Shown here piece after piece: positions 18,773-32,046 of a stretch of DNA of 32,576 nt. The stretch comes from Nemertoderma westbladi. Lineage: Eukaryota > Animalia > Xenacoelomorpha. Location: the NCBI GenBank assembly GCA_032718475.1, contig JAUCBJ010002548.1, forward strand, positions 1-32,576, given 5' to 3'. Positions within the stretch are counted from its first letter, which is position 1, and every line of letters starts with the position of its first letter. A program made the translations under genes and the position numbers. The notes below the pieces were generated by a model, which saw only the letters and a list, made by a program, of their open reading frames with translations, did not search any database and was not told the DNA's origin.

Positions 18773-21013
18773 AAATAAATAAATAAATAAAATAAATAAA
18801 AAAAGCTAAATCTGAATATTTGTACAACAAAATAAGTGAGAATAAAGATAATCCTAAAAGTCTATGGTCTACCCTAAAATCTTTAGGTTATAAAAACCTT
18901 AAATCTAAATCGAATATTGTTCTGCAAGATAACGGTGAGCTGATTCATGATCATACTCTAGTTAGTAATTTATTTAATAATTATTTTACTAATGTTGCCT
19001 CTAATTTAGTTAAGAAATTACCGTTATCAATTAATAAATATAGTATAGGGTCCGAAACTCTAAATAATTTTTATTTAGAAAAGTTACAAAATTCAGAAAA
19101 GTTATTTTTAAAACCCGTTTCTGAGGATTTCGTTTTTCAAAATCTACTTAGCCTATCAGCCTCAAAAAGTACCGGTCTAGATCTAATACCTGCCCGTTTT
19201 CTTAGGGATGGTGCTGAAGTACTTAAAGTGCCTATTACTTTTATTATTAATTACTCTATCGTAGATAATGTAGTACCAGACGAACTGAAATTAGCTAAGG
19301 TTGTTCCTCTGTATAAAAAGAATAGTAAAGTAGAACCCTGTAATTACAGACCTGTTAGTATCTTAAGTATTGTATCTAAAATTCTAGAACGTTCTGTTTT
19401 TCTACAGCTGGAAGCACATCTTAGTAGGCTAAATCTGATCTATGAACTTCAGTCCGGTTTTCGTAAATCATATTCTACAGACACCTGCCTTATTAACTTA
19501 ACTGATACAATTAGATGTAATAACGCAAAGGGTTTATATACTGGTATGGTAATGTTGGACCTACAAAAGGCTTTCGATACTGTAGATCACGAAATTCTGC
19601 TTGGTAAGTTAGGCCTGATGGGTGTAGGTTCTATAGACTGGTTCAAGTCCTACCTGTCAGACAGAGGTCAAACTGTAGTCATTAGCAAATCGCAGTCTAC
19701 TGTACAAGAGATTACCTGTGGTGTACCGCAAGGTAGTATATTAGGTCCTCTGCTTTTTGTATGCTATGTAAATGATATGATAAGTAGTATAGATCCCGAT
19801 TTTAAACTGATTTTATATGCCGATGACAGTGCTCTTATTTTCTCTCATAAAGATCCTATCCATATTTCCCAAAAGTTAAGTGCAGTTCTAGAATCCTGTA
19901 ATGAGTGGTTGGTTGATAATAAGCTATCCATTCACTACGGTAAAACTGAAAGTATTTTGTTTGGTTCCAAAAGAAAGTTAAAGAAGGTAACTAAGTTTGA
20001 AGTCACTAGTAATGGACATAAGATTGAAAATAAAAAGGAAGTTAAATATTTAGGCGCCACATTGGATAACTGCTTATCAGGAGAAAGTACAGTGAAAAAT
20101 ATTTTCTCGAAAGTTAACAGTAGGCTTAGGTTTCTATACAGAAATAAAAATAGTTTGAACACCGACTCCCGCAAGTTACTTTGCTCTTCTTTAATACAGT
20201 GTCACATGGACTATGCGTGCACTTCTTGGTATGAAGGCTTAAACAAACAGCTTAAATGTAAATTACAAGTAGCTCAGAATAAAGTAGTACGATTTATTAA
20301 AGACTACAAACCTAGGCACCACCTAACTCCAGATGACTTTTCTGAATCTGGACTACTTAACTTAGATAGTAGAGTTAAGCAGCTACGCCTTAACCATGTG
20401 CATAAAGTGTATAATGGTAAATGTCCCAATTACCTAAAACAAAAATTCAACAGAGTACGCGATACACACTCTTACAGTACCAGAGCTAGTGCTTCAAACT
20501 TCTACCTCCCGAATTGTAAATCCTTTGAATCTGATACTTTCTTTTTTAACGGTATTAAAAATTGGAACGCTCTGCCTAATGAAATTAAAAACCTAAATAA
20601 TCAACATTCTTTTAAATCTGCAGTTAAATCTCACCTCCATGTGCAATGTAAAAATAGGTACAATAGTCCTACAGTAAGTTATTAGTTTATTAATTATTTA
20701 CTATTTATACTGTAATTACGTTTTATAATAAATTGTTCTGTACATTACATCTATATCGTTGAGTCGGGCATTGTCACGCTCTCGGTAAAGTTGTACATGT
20801 ACATAGTGTAATTACGTTTTATATTGGTTTTAGGTTAGCGTAGTGTAATATTGTATTTGTAACCAAGTAACATAAAGGACCCCCTTGGAAATAAGCTGCA
20901 AAGCTTTAGGGGTAATCCTATATGTTATGTTGGACAATACCTTTATACCGGTACATTGTTTGGTGTATTTGTTATTGTTTTTACATAATGTATAAATAAA
21001 TCTATCTATCTAT
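18773..21013 (+). mobile_element. 5'-truncated L2/Crack-type (CR1 group) LINE inserted in the satellite
   Basis: RT ORF, about 320-bp 3' UTR with a hairpin, AATAAA, (TCTA)n tail, (AAAT)n at the 5' junction and a 2-bp GT duplication. Confidence 0.92.
18820..20685 (+). CDS. LINE reverse transcriptase ORF2 (5'-truncated, uninterrupted)
   Basis: [72 protein letters not shown]. Confidence 0.92.
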   Translation: MYNKISENKDNPKSLWSTLKSLGYKNLKSKSNIVLQDNGELIHDHTLVSNLFNNYFTNVASNLVKKLPLSINKYSIGSETLNNFYLEKLQNSEKLFLKPVSEDFVFQNLLSLSASKSTGLDLIPARFLRDGAEVLKVPITFIINYSIVDNVVPDELKLAKVVPLYKKNSKVEPCNYRPVSILSIVSKILERSVFLQLEAHLSRLNLIYELQSGFRKSYSTDTCLINLTDTIRCNNAKGLYTGMVMLDLQKAFDTVDHEILLGKLGLMGVGSIDWFKSYLSDRGQTVVISKSQSTVQEITCGVPQGSILGPLLFVCYVNDMISSIDPDFKLILYADDSALIFSHKDPIHISQKLSAVLESCNEWLVDNKLSIHYGKTESILFGSKRKLKKVTKFEVTSNGHKIENKKEVKYLGATLDNCLSGESTVKNIFSKVNSRLRFLYRNKNSLNTDSRKLLCSSLIQCHMDYACTSWYEGLNKQLKCKLQVAQNKVVRFIKDYKPRHHLTPDDFSESGLLNLDSRVKQLRLNHVHKVYNGKCPNYLKQKFNRVRDTHSYSTRASASNFYLPNCKSFESDTFFFNGIKNWNALPNEIKNLNNQHSFKSAVKSHLHVQCKNRYNSPTVSY

Positions 21014-24000
21014 GTGTCCTTGTACAATAACCCGTGTCCTTTGTGTAATAACCCGTGTCCTTTGTGTACTAACCCGTGTCCTTTGTGCAATAACCCGTGT
21101 CCTTTGTGTAATAACCCGTGTCCTTTGTGTAATAACCCGTGTCCTTTGTGTAATAACCCGTATCCTTTGTGTAATAACCCGTGTCCTTTGTGTAATAACC
21201 CGTGTCCTTTGTGTAATAACCCGTGTCCTTTGTGTAATAACCCGTGTCCTTTGTGTAATAACCCTTGTCCTTTGTGTAATAGCCCGTGTCCTTTGTGTAA
21301 TAACCCGTGTCCTTTGTATAATAACAGTGTCCTTTGTGTAATAACCCCTGTCCATTGTGTAATAACCCGTATCCTTTGTGTAATAACCCGTGTCCTTTGT
21401 GTAATAACCCGTTTCCTTTGTGTAATAACCCGTGTCCTTTGTGTAATAACCCGTATCCTTTGTGTAATAACCCGTGTCCTCCTTTGTGTAATAACCCGTA
21501 TCCTTTGTGTAATAACCCGTGTCCTTTGTGTAATAACCCGTGTCCTTGGTGTAATAACCCGTGTCCTCCTTTGTGTAATAACCCGTATCCTTTGTGTAAT
21601 AACCCGTGTCCTTTGTGTAATAACCCGTGTCCTTTGTGTAATAACCCGTGTCCTTTGTGTAATAACCCGTATCCTTTGTGTAATAACCCGTGTCCTTTGT
21701 GTAATAACAGTGTCCTTTGTGTAATAACCCCTGTCCATTGTGTAATAACCCGTATCCTTTGTGTAATAACCCGTGTCCTTTGTGTAATAACCCGTTTCCT
21801 TTGTGTAATAACCCGTGTCCTTTGTATAATAACAGTGTCCTTTGTGTAATAACCCCTGTCCATTGTGTAATAACCCGTATCCTTTGTGTAATAACCCGTG
21901 TCCTTTGTGTAATAACCCGTTTCCTTTGTGTAATAACCCGTGTCCTTTGTGTAATAACCCGTATCCTTTGTGTAATAACCCGTGTCCTTTGTGTAATAAC
22001 CCGTGTCCTTGGTGTAATAACCCGTGTCCTCCTTTGTGTAATAACCCGTATCCTTTGTGTAATAACCCGTGTCCTTTGTGTAATAACCCGTGTCCTTTGT
22101 GTAATAACCCGTGTCCTTTGTGTAATAACCCGTATCCTTTGTGTAATAACCCGTGTCCTTTGTGTAATACCCAGTGTCCTTTGAGTAATAACCCGTGTCT
22201 TTTGTGTAATAACCCGTGTCCTTTGTGTAATAACCCGTGTCCTTTGTGTAATAACCCGTGTCCTTTGTGTAATAACCCTTGTCCTTTATGTAATAACCCG
22301 TGTCCTTTGTGTAATAACCCGTGTCCTTTGTGTAATAACCCGTGTCCTTTGTGTAATAACCCGTGTCCTTGTACAATAACCCGTATCCTTTGTGTTATAA
22401 CCCGTGTCCTTTGTGTAATAACCCGCGTCATTTGTGTAATAACCCGTGTCCTTTGTGTAATAACCCGTGTCCTTGTACAATAACCCGTGTCCTTTGTGTA
22501 ATAACCCGTGTCCTTTGTGTACTAACCCGTGTCCTTTGTGCAATAACCCGTGTCCTTTGTGTAATAACCCGTGTCCTTTGTATAATAACCCGTGTCCTTT
22601 GTGTAATAACCCGTATCCTTTGTGTAATAACCCGTGTCCTTTGTGTAATAACCCGTGTCCTTTGTGTAATAACCCGTGTCCTTTGTGTAATAACCCGTGT
22701 CCTTTGTGTAATAACCCGTTTCCTTGTACAATAACCCGTGTCCTTTGTGTAATAACCCGTGTCCTTTGTGTAATAACCCGTGTCCTTTGTGTAATAACCC
22801 GTGTCCTTTGTGTAATAACCCGTATCCTTTGTGTAATAACCCGTATCCTTTGTGTAATAACCCGTATCCTTTGTGTAATTACCCGTATCCTTTATGTAAT
22901 AACCCGTATCCTTTGTGTAATAACCCGTATCCTTTGTGTGATAACCCGTGTCCTTTGTGTAATAACCCGTATTCTTTGTGTAATAACCCGTATCCTTTGT
23001 GTAATTACCCGTATCCTTTGTGTAATAACCCGTGTCCTTTGTGTAATAACCCGTGTCCTTTGTGTAATAACCCTTGTCCTTTGTGTAATAGCCCGTGTCC
23101 TTTGTGTAATAACCCGTGTCCTTTGTATAATAACAGTGTCCTTTGTGTAATAACCCGTGTCCATTGTGTAATAACCCGCATCCTTTGTGTAATAACCCGT
23201 GTCCTTTGTGTAATAACCCGTGTCCTTTGTGTAATAACCCGTATCCTTTGTGTAATAACCCGTGTCCTTTGTGTAATAACCCGTGTCCTTTGTGTAATAA
23301 CCCGTGTCCTTTGTGTAATAACCCGTGTCCTTTGTGTAATAACCCGTGTCATTTGTGTAATAACCCGTGTCTTTGTGTAATAACCCGTGTCCTTTGTGTA
23401 ATAACCCGTGTCCTTTGAGTAATAAACCGTGTCCTTTGTGTAATAACCCGTGTCCTTTGTGTAATAACCCGTGTCCTTTGTGTAATAACCCGTGTCCTTG
23501 GTGTAATAACCCGTGTCCTCCTTTGTGTAATAACCCGTATCGTTTGTGTAATAACCCGTGTCCTTTGTGTAATAACCCGTGTCCTTTGTGTAATAACCCG
23601 TGTCCTTTGTGTAATAACCCGTATCCTTTGTGTAATAACCCGTGTCCTTTGTGTAATACCCCGTGTCCTTTGAGTAATAACCCGTGTCTTTTGTGTAATA
23701 ACCCGTGTCCTTTGTGTAATAACCCGTGTCCTTTGTGTAATAACCCGTGTCCTTTGTGTAATAACCATTGTCCTTTATGTAATAACCCGTGTCCTTTGTG
23801 TAATAACCCGTGTCCTTTGTGTAATAACCCGTGTCCTTTGTGTAATAACCCGTGTCCTTGTACAATAACCCGTATCCTTTGTGTTATAACCCGTGTCCTT
23901 TGTGTAATAACCCGTGTCCTTTGTGTAATAACCCGTGTCCTTTGTGTAATAACCCGTGTCCTTGTACAATAACCCATGTCCTTTGTGTAATAACCCGTGT

Positions 24001-27000
24001 CCTTTGTGTACTAACCCGTGTCCTTTGTGCAATAACCCGTGTCCTTTGTGTAATAACCCGTGTCCTTTGTGTAATAACCCGTGTCCTTTGTGTAATAATC
24101 CGTATCCTTTGTGTAATAACCCGTGTCCTTTGTGTAATAACCCGTGTCCTTTGTGTAATAACCCGTGTCCTTTGTGTAATAACCCGTGTCCTTTGTGTAA
24201 TAACCCTTGTCCTTTGTGTAATAGCCCGTGTCCTTTGTGTAATAACCCGTGTCCTTTGTATAATAACAGTGTCCTTTGTGTAATAACCCGTGTCCATTGT
24301 GTAATAACCCGTATCCTTTGTGTAATAACCCGTGTCCTTTGTGTAATAACCCGTGTCCTTTGTGTAATAACCCGTATCCGTTGTGTAATAACCCGTGTCC
24401 TTTGTGTAATAACCCGTGTCCTTGGTGTAATAACCCGTGTCCTCCTTTGTGTAATAACCCGTATCCTTTGTGTAATAACCCGTGTCCTTTGTGTAATAAC
24501 CCGTGTCCTTTGTGTAATAACCCGTGTCCTTTGTGTAATAACCCGTATCCTTTGTGTAATAACCCGTGTCCTTTGTGTAATACCCCGTGTCCTTTGAGTA
24601 ATAACCCGTGTCTTTTGTGTAATAACCCGTGTCCTTTGTGTAATAACCCGTGTCCTTTGTGTAATAACCCGTGTCCTTTGTGTAATAACCCTTGTCCTTT
24701 ATGTAATAACCCGTGTCCTTTGTGTAATAACCCGTGTCCTTTGTGTAATAACCCGTGTCCTTTGTGTAATAACCCGTGTCCTTGTACAATAACCCGTATC
24801 CTTTGTGTTATAACCCGTGTCCTTTGTGTAATAACCCGTGTCCTTTGTGTAATAACCCGTGTCCTTTGTGTAATAACCCGTGTCCTTGTACAATAACCCG
24901 TGTCCTTTGTGTAATAACCCGTGTCCTTTGTGTACTAACCCGTGTCCTTTGTGCAATAACCCGTGTCCTTTGTGTAATAACCCGTGTCCTTTGTGTAATA
25001 ACCCGTGTCCTTTGTGTAATAACCCGTATCCTTTGTGTAATAACCCGTGTCCTTTGTGTATTAACCCGTGTCCTTTGTGTAATAACCCGTGTCCTTTGTG
25101 TAATAACCCGTGTCCTTTGTGTAATAACCCGTTTCCTTGTACAATAACCCGTGTCCTTTGTGTAATAACCCGTGTCCTTTGTGTAATAACCCGTGTCCTT
25201 TGTGTAATAACCCGTGTCCTTGTACAATAACCCGTGTCCTTTGTGTAATAACCCGTATCCTTTGTGTAATAACCCGTATCCTTTGTGTAATAACCCGTAT
25301 CCTTTGTGTAATAACCCGTATCCTTTGTGTAATAACCCGTATCCTTTGTGTAATTACCCGTATCCTTTGTGTAATAACCCGTATCCTTTGTGTAATAACC
25401 CGTATCCTTTGTGTGATAACCCGTGTCCTTTGTGTAATAACCCGTATCCTTTGTGTAATAACCCATATCCTTTGTGTAATTACCCGTATCCTTTGTGTAA
25501 TAACCCGTATCCTTTTTGTAATAACCCGTATCCTTTGTGTAATAACACGTATCCTTTGTGTAATAACCCGTATCCTTTGTGTAATTACCCGTATCCTTTG
25601 TGTAATAACCCGTATCCTTTGTGTAATAACCCGTATCCTTTGTGTAATAACCCGTATCCTTTGTGTAATAACCCGTATCCTTTGTGTAATAACCCGTATC
25701 CTTTGTGTAATAACCCGTATCCTTTGTGTAATTACCCGTATCCTTTGTGTAATAACCCGTATCCTTTGTGTAATAACCCGTATCCTTTGTGTAATAACCC
25801 GTATCCTTTGTGTAATAACCCGTATCCTTTGTGTAATAACCCGTATCCTTTGTGTAATAACCCGTGTCCTTTGTGTAATAACCCGTATCCTTTGTGTAAT
25901 AACCCGTGTCCTTTGTGTAATAACCCGTGTCCTTTGTGTAATAACCCGTGTCCTTTGTGTAATAACCCGTGTCCTTTGTGTAATAACCCGTTTCCTTGTA
26001 CAATAACCCGTGTCCTTTGTGTAATAACCCGTGCCCTTTGTGTAATAACCCGTGTCCTTGTACAATAACCCGTGTCCTTTGTGTAATAACCCGTGTCCTT
26101 TGTGTAATAACCCGTATCCTTTGTGTAATAACCCGTATCCTTTGTGTAATTACCCGTATCCTTTGTGTAATAACCCGTATCCTTTGTGTAATAACCCGTG
26201 TCCTTTGTGTAATAACCCGTATCCTTTGTGTAATAACCCGTGTCCTTTGTGTAATAACCCGTTTCCTTGTACAATAACCCGTGTCCTTTGTGTAATAACC
26301 CGTGTCCTTTGTGTAATAACCCGTGTCCTTGTACAATAACCCGTGTCCTTTGTGTAATAACCCGTGTTCTTTGTGTAATAACCCGTATCCTTTGTGTAAT
26401 AACCCGTATCCTTTGTGTAATTACCCGTATCCTTTGTGTAATAACCCGTATCCTTTGTGTAATAACCCGTGTCCTTTGTGTAATAACCCGTGTCCTTTGT
26501 GTAATAACCCGTTTCCTTGTACAATAACCCGTGTCCTTTGTGTAATAACCCGTGTCCTTTGTGTAATAACCCGTGTCCTTGTACAATAACCCGTGTCCTT
26601 TGTGTAATAACCCGTGTCCTTTGTGTAATAACCCGTGTCCTTGTACAATAACCCGTGTCCTTTGTGTAATAACCCGTGTCCTTTGTGTACTAACCCGTGT
26701 CCTTTGTGCAATAACCCGTGTCCTTTGTGTAATAACCCGTGTCCTTTGTATAATAACCCGTGTCCTTTGTGTAATAACCCGTATCCTTTGTGTAATAACC
26801 CGTGTCCTTTGTGTAATAACCCGTGTCCTTTGTGTAATAACCCGTGTCCTTTGTGTAATAACCCGTGTCCTTTGTGTAATAACCCGTTTCCTTGTACAAT
26901 AACCCGTGTCCTTTGTGTAATAACCCGTGTCCTTTGTGTAATAACCCGTGTCCTTTGTGTAATAACCCGTGTCCTTTGTGTAATAACCCGTATCCTTTGT

Positions 27001-30000
27001 GTAATAACCCGTATCCTTTGTGTAATAACCCGTATCCTTTGTGTAATTACCCGTATCCTTTATGTAATAACCCGTATCCTTTGTGTAATAACCCGTATCC
27101 TTTGTGTGATAACCCGTGTCCTTTGTGTAATAACCCGTATTCTTTGTGTAATAACCCGTATCCTTTGTGTAATTACCCGTATCCTTTGTGTAATAACCCG
27201 TGTCCTTTGTGTAATAACCCGTGTCCTTTGTGTAATAACCCTTGTCCTTTGTGTAATAGCCCGTGTCCTTTGTGTAATAACCCGTGTCCTTTGTATAATA
27301 ACAGTGTCCTTTGTGTAATAACCCGTGTCCATTGTGTAATAACCCGCATCCTTTGTGTAATAACCCGTGTCCTTTGTGTAATAACCCGTTTCCTTGTACA
27401 ATAACCCGTGTCCTTTGTGTAATAACCCGTGTCCTTTGTGTAATAACCCGTGTCCTTTGTGTAATAACCCGTGTCCTTGTACAATAACCCGTGTCCTTTG
27501 TGTAATAACCCGTATCCTTTGTGTAATAACCCGTATCCTTTGTGTAATAACCCGTATCCTTTGTGTAATAACCCGTATCCTTTGTGTAATAACCCGTATC
27601 CTTTGTGTAATTACCCGTATCCTTTGTGTAATAACCCGTATCCTTTGTGTAATAACCCGTATCCTTTGTGTGATAACCCGTGTCCTTTGTGTAATAACCC
27701 GTATCCTTTGTGTAATAACCCATATCCTTTGTGTAATTACCCGTATCCTTTGTGTAATAACCCGTATCCTTTGTGTAATAACCCGTATCCTTTGTGTAAT
27801 AACACGTATCCTTTGTGTAATAACCCGTATCCTTTGTGTAATTACCCGTATCCTTTGTGTAATAACCCGTATCCTTTGTGTAATAACCCGTATCCTTTGT
27901 GTAATAACCCGTATCCTTTGTGTAATAACCCGTATCCTTTGTGTAATAACCCGTATCCTTTGTGTAATAACCCGTATCCTTTGTGTAATTACCCGTATCC
28001 TTTGTGTAATAACCCGTATCCTTTGTGTAATAACCCGTATCCTTTGTGTAATAACCCGTATCCTTTGTGTAATAACCCGTATCCTTTGTGTAATAACCCG
28101 TATCCTTTGTGTAATAACCCGTGTCCTTTGTGTAATAACCCGTATCCTTTGTGTAATAACCCGTGTCCTTTGTGTAATAACCCGTGTCCTTTGTGTAATA
28201 ACCCGTGTCCTTTGTGTAATAACCCGTTTCCTTGTACAATAACCCGTGTCCTTTGTGTAATAACCCGTGCCCTTTGTGTAATAACCCGTGTCCTTGTACA
28301 ATAACCCGTGTCCTTTGTGTAATAACCCGTGTCCTTTGTGTAATAACCCGTATCCTTTGTGTAATAACCCGTATCCTTTGTGTAATTACCCGTATCCTTT
28401 GTGTAATAACCCGTATCCTTTGTGTAATAACCCGTGTCCTTTGTGTAATAACCCGTATCCTTTGTGTAATAACCCGTGTCCTTTGTGTAATAACCCGTTT
28501 CCTTGTACAATAACCCGTGTCCTTTGTGTAATAACCCGTGTCCTTTGTGTAATAACCCGTGTCCTTGTACAATAACCCGTGTCCTTTGTGTAATAACCCG
28601 TGTTCTTTGTGTAATAACCCGTATCCTTTGTGTAATAACCCGTATCCTTTGTGTAATTACCCGTATCCTTTGTGTAATAACCCGTATCCTTTGTGTAATA
28701 ACCCGTGTCCTTTGTGTAATAACCCGTGTCCTTTGTGTAATAACCCGTTTCCTTGTACAATAACCCGTGTCCTTTGTGTAATAACCCGTGTCCTTTGTGT
28801 AATAACCCGTGTCCTTGTACAATAACCCGTGTCCTTTGTGTAATAACCCGTGTCCTTTGTGTAATAACCCGTGTCCTTGTACAATAACCCGTGTCCTTTG
28901 TGTAATAACCCGTGTCCTTTGTGTAATAACCCGTATCCTTTGTGTAATAACCCGTATCCTTTGTGTAATTACCCGTATCCTTTGTGTAATAACCCGTATC
29001 CTTTGTGTAATAACCCGTGTCCTTTGTGTAATAACCCGTGTCCTTTGTGTAATAACCCGTGTCCTTTGTGTAATAACCCGTATCCTTTGTGTAATAACCC
29101 GTGTCCTTTGTGTAATACCCAGTGTCCTTTGAGTAATAACCCGTGTCTTTTGTGTAATAACCCGTGTCCTTTGTGTAATAACCCGTGTCCTTTGTGTAAT
29201 AACCCGTGTCCTTTGTGTAATAACCCTTGTCCTTTATGTAATAACCCGTGTCCTTTGTGTAATAACCCGTGTCCTTTGTGTAATAACCCGTGTCCTTTGT
29301 GTAATAACCCGTGTCCTTGTACAATAACCCGTATCCTTTGTGTTATAACCCGTGTCCTTTGTGTAATAACCCGCGTCATTTGTGTAATAACCCGTGTCCT
29401 TTGTGTAATAACCCGTGTCCTTGTACAATAACCCGTGTCCTTTGTGTAATAACCCGTGTCCTTTGTGTACTAACCCGTGTCCTTTGTGCAATAACCCGTG
29501 TCCTTTGTGTAATAACCCGTGTCCTTTGTATAATAACCCGTGTCCTTTGTGTAATAACCCGTATCCTTTGTGTAATAACCCGTGTCCTTTGTGTAATAAC
29601 CCGTGTCCTTTGTGTAATAACCCGTGTCCTTTGTGTAATAACCCGTGTCCTTTGTGTAATAACCCGTTTCCTTGTACAATAACCCGTGTCCTTTGTGTAA
29701 TAACCCGTGTCCTTTGTGTAATAACCCGTGTCCTTTGTGTAATAACCCGTATCCTTTGTGTAATAACCCATATCCTTTGTGTAATTACCCGTATCCTTTG
29801 TGTAATAACCCGTATCCTTTTTGTAATAACCCGTATCCTTTGTGTAATAACCCGTATCCTTTGTGTAATAACCCGTATCCTTTGTGTAATTACCCGTATC
29901 CTTTATGTAATAACCCGTATCCTTTGTGTAATAACCCGTATCCTTTGTGTGATAACCCGTGTCCTTTGTGTAATAACCCGTATTCTTTGTGTAATAACCC

Positions 30001-32046
30001 GTATCCTTTGTGTAATTACCCGTATCCTTTGTGTAATAACCCGTGTCCTTTGTGTAATAACCCGTGTCCTTTGTGTAATAACCCTTGTCCTTTGTGTAAT
30101 AGCCCGTGTCCTTTGTGTAATAACCCGTGTCCTTTGTATAATAACAGTGTCCTTTGTGTAATAACCCGTGTCCATTGTGTAATAACCCGCATCCTTTGTG
30201 TAATAACCCGTGTCCTTTGTGTAATAACCCGTTTCCTTGTACAATAACCCGTGTCCTTTGTGTAATAACCCGTGTCCTTTGTGTAATAACCCGTGTCCTT
30301 TGTGTAATAACCCGTGTCCTTGTACAATAACCCGTGTCCTTTGTGTAATAACCCGTATCCTTTGTGTAATAACCCGTATCCTTTGTGTAATAACCCGTAT
30401 CCTTTGTGTAATAACCCGTATCCTTTGTGTAATAACCCGTATCCTTTGTGTAATTACCCGTATCCTTTGTGTAATAACCCGTATCCTTTGTGTAATAACC
30501 CGTATCCTTTGTGTGATAACCCGTGTCCTTTGTGTAATAACCCGTATCCTTTGTGTAATAACCCATATCCTTTGTGTAATTACCCGTATCCTTTGTGTAA
30601 TAACCCGTATCCTTTGTGTAATAACCCGTATCCTTTGTGTAATAACACGTATCCTTTGTGTAATAACCCGTATCCTTTGTGTAATTACCCGTATCCTTTG
30701 TGTAATAACCCGTATCCTTTGTGTAATAACCCGTATCCTTTGTGTAATAACCCGTATCCTTTGTGTAATAACCCGTATCCTTTGTGTAATAACCCGTATC
30801 CTTTGTGTAATAACCCGTATCCTTTGTGTAATTACCCGTATCCTTTGTGTAATAACCCGTATCCTTTGTGTAATAACCCGTATCCTTTGTGTAATAACCC
30901 GTATCCTTTGTGTAATAACCCGTATCCTTTGTGTAATAACCCGTATCCTTTGTGTAATAACCCGTGTCCTTTGTGTAATAACCCGTATCCTTTGTGTAAT
31001 AACCCGTGTCCTTTGTGTAATAACCCGTGTCCTTTGTGTAATAACCCGTGTCCTTTGTGTAATAACCCGTGTCCTTTGTGTAATAACCCGTTTCCTTGTA
31101 CAATAACCCGTGTCCTTTGTGTAATAACCCGTGCCCTTTGTGTAATAACCCGTGTCCTTGTACAATAACCCGTGTCCTTTGTGTAATAACCCGTGTCCTT
31201 TGTGTAATAACCCGTATCCTTTGTGTAATAACCCGTATCCTTTGTGTAATTACCCGTATCCTTTGTGTAATAACCCGTATCCTTTGTGTAATAACCCGTG
31301 TCCTTTGTGTAATAACCCGTATCCTTTGTGTAATAACCCGTGTCCTTTGTGTAATAACCCGTTTCCTTGTACAATAACCCGTGTCCTTTGTGTAATAACC
31401 CGTGTCCTTTGTGTAATAACCCGTGTCCTTGTACAATAACCCGTGTCCTTTGTGTAATAACCCGTGTTCTTTGTGTAATAACCCGTATCCTTTGTGTAAT
31501 AACCCGTATCCTTTGTGTAATTACCCGTATCCTTTGTGTAATAACCCGTATCCTTTGTGTAATAACCCGTGTCCTTTGTGTAATAACCCGTGTCCTTTGT
31601 GTAATAACCCGTTTCCTTGTACAATAACCCGTGTCCTTTGTGTAATAACCCGTGTCCTTTGTGTAATAACCCGTGTCCTTGTACAATAACCCGTGTCCTT
31701 TGTGTAATAACCCGTGTCCTTTGTGTAATAACCCGTGTCCTTGTACAATAACCCGTGTCCTTTGTGTAATAACCCGTGTCCTTTGTGTAATAACCCGTAT
31801 CCTTTGTGTAATAACCCGTATCCTTTGTGTAATTACCCGTATCCTTTGTGTAATAACCCGTATCCTTTGTGTAATAACCCGTGTCCTTTGTGTAATAACC
31901 CGTATCCTTTGTGTAATAACCCGTGTCCTTTGTGTAATAACCCGTGTCCTTTGTGTAATAACCCGTGTCCTTTGTGTAATAACCCGTATCCTTTGTGTAA
32001 TAACCCGTGTCCTTTGTGTAATAACCCGTATCCTTTGTGTAATAAC

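Larger units (their letters stand above)
17075..32046. repeat. 21-bp satellite array (GTCCTTTGTGTAATAACCCGT)n, about 600 monomers, with higher-order repeats
   Basis: Continuous over 17075-18772 and 21014-32046. Common G/A variant (GTGTCC/GTATCC), 20-bp CCTTGTACAAT variant and 24-bp CCTCCTTTG variant. Confidence 0.98.
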
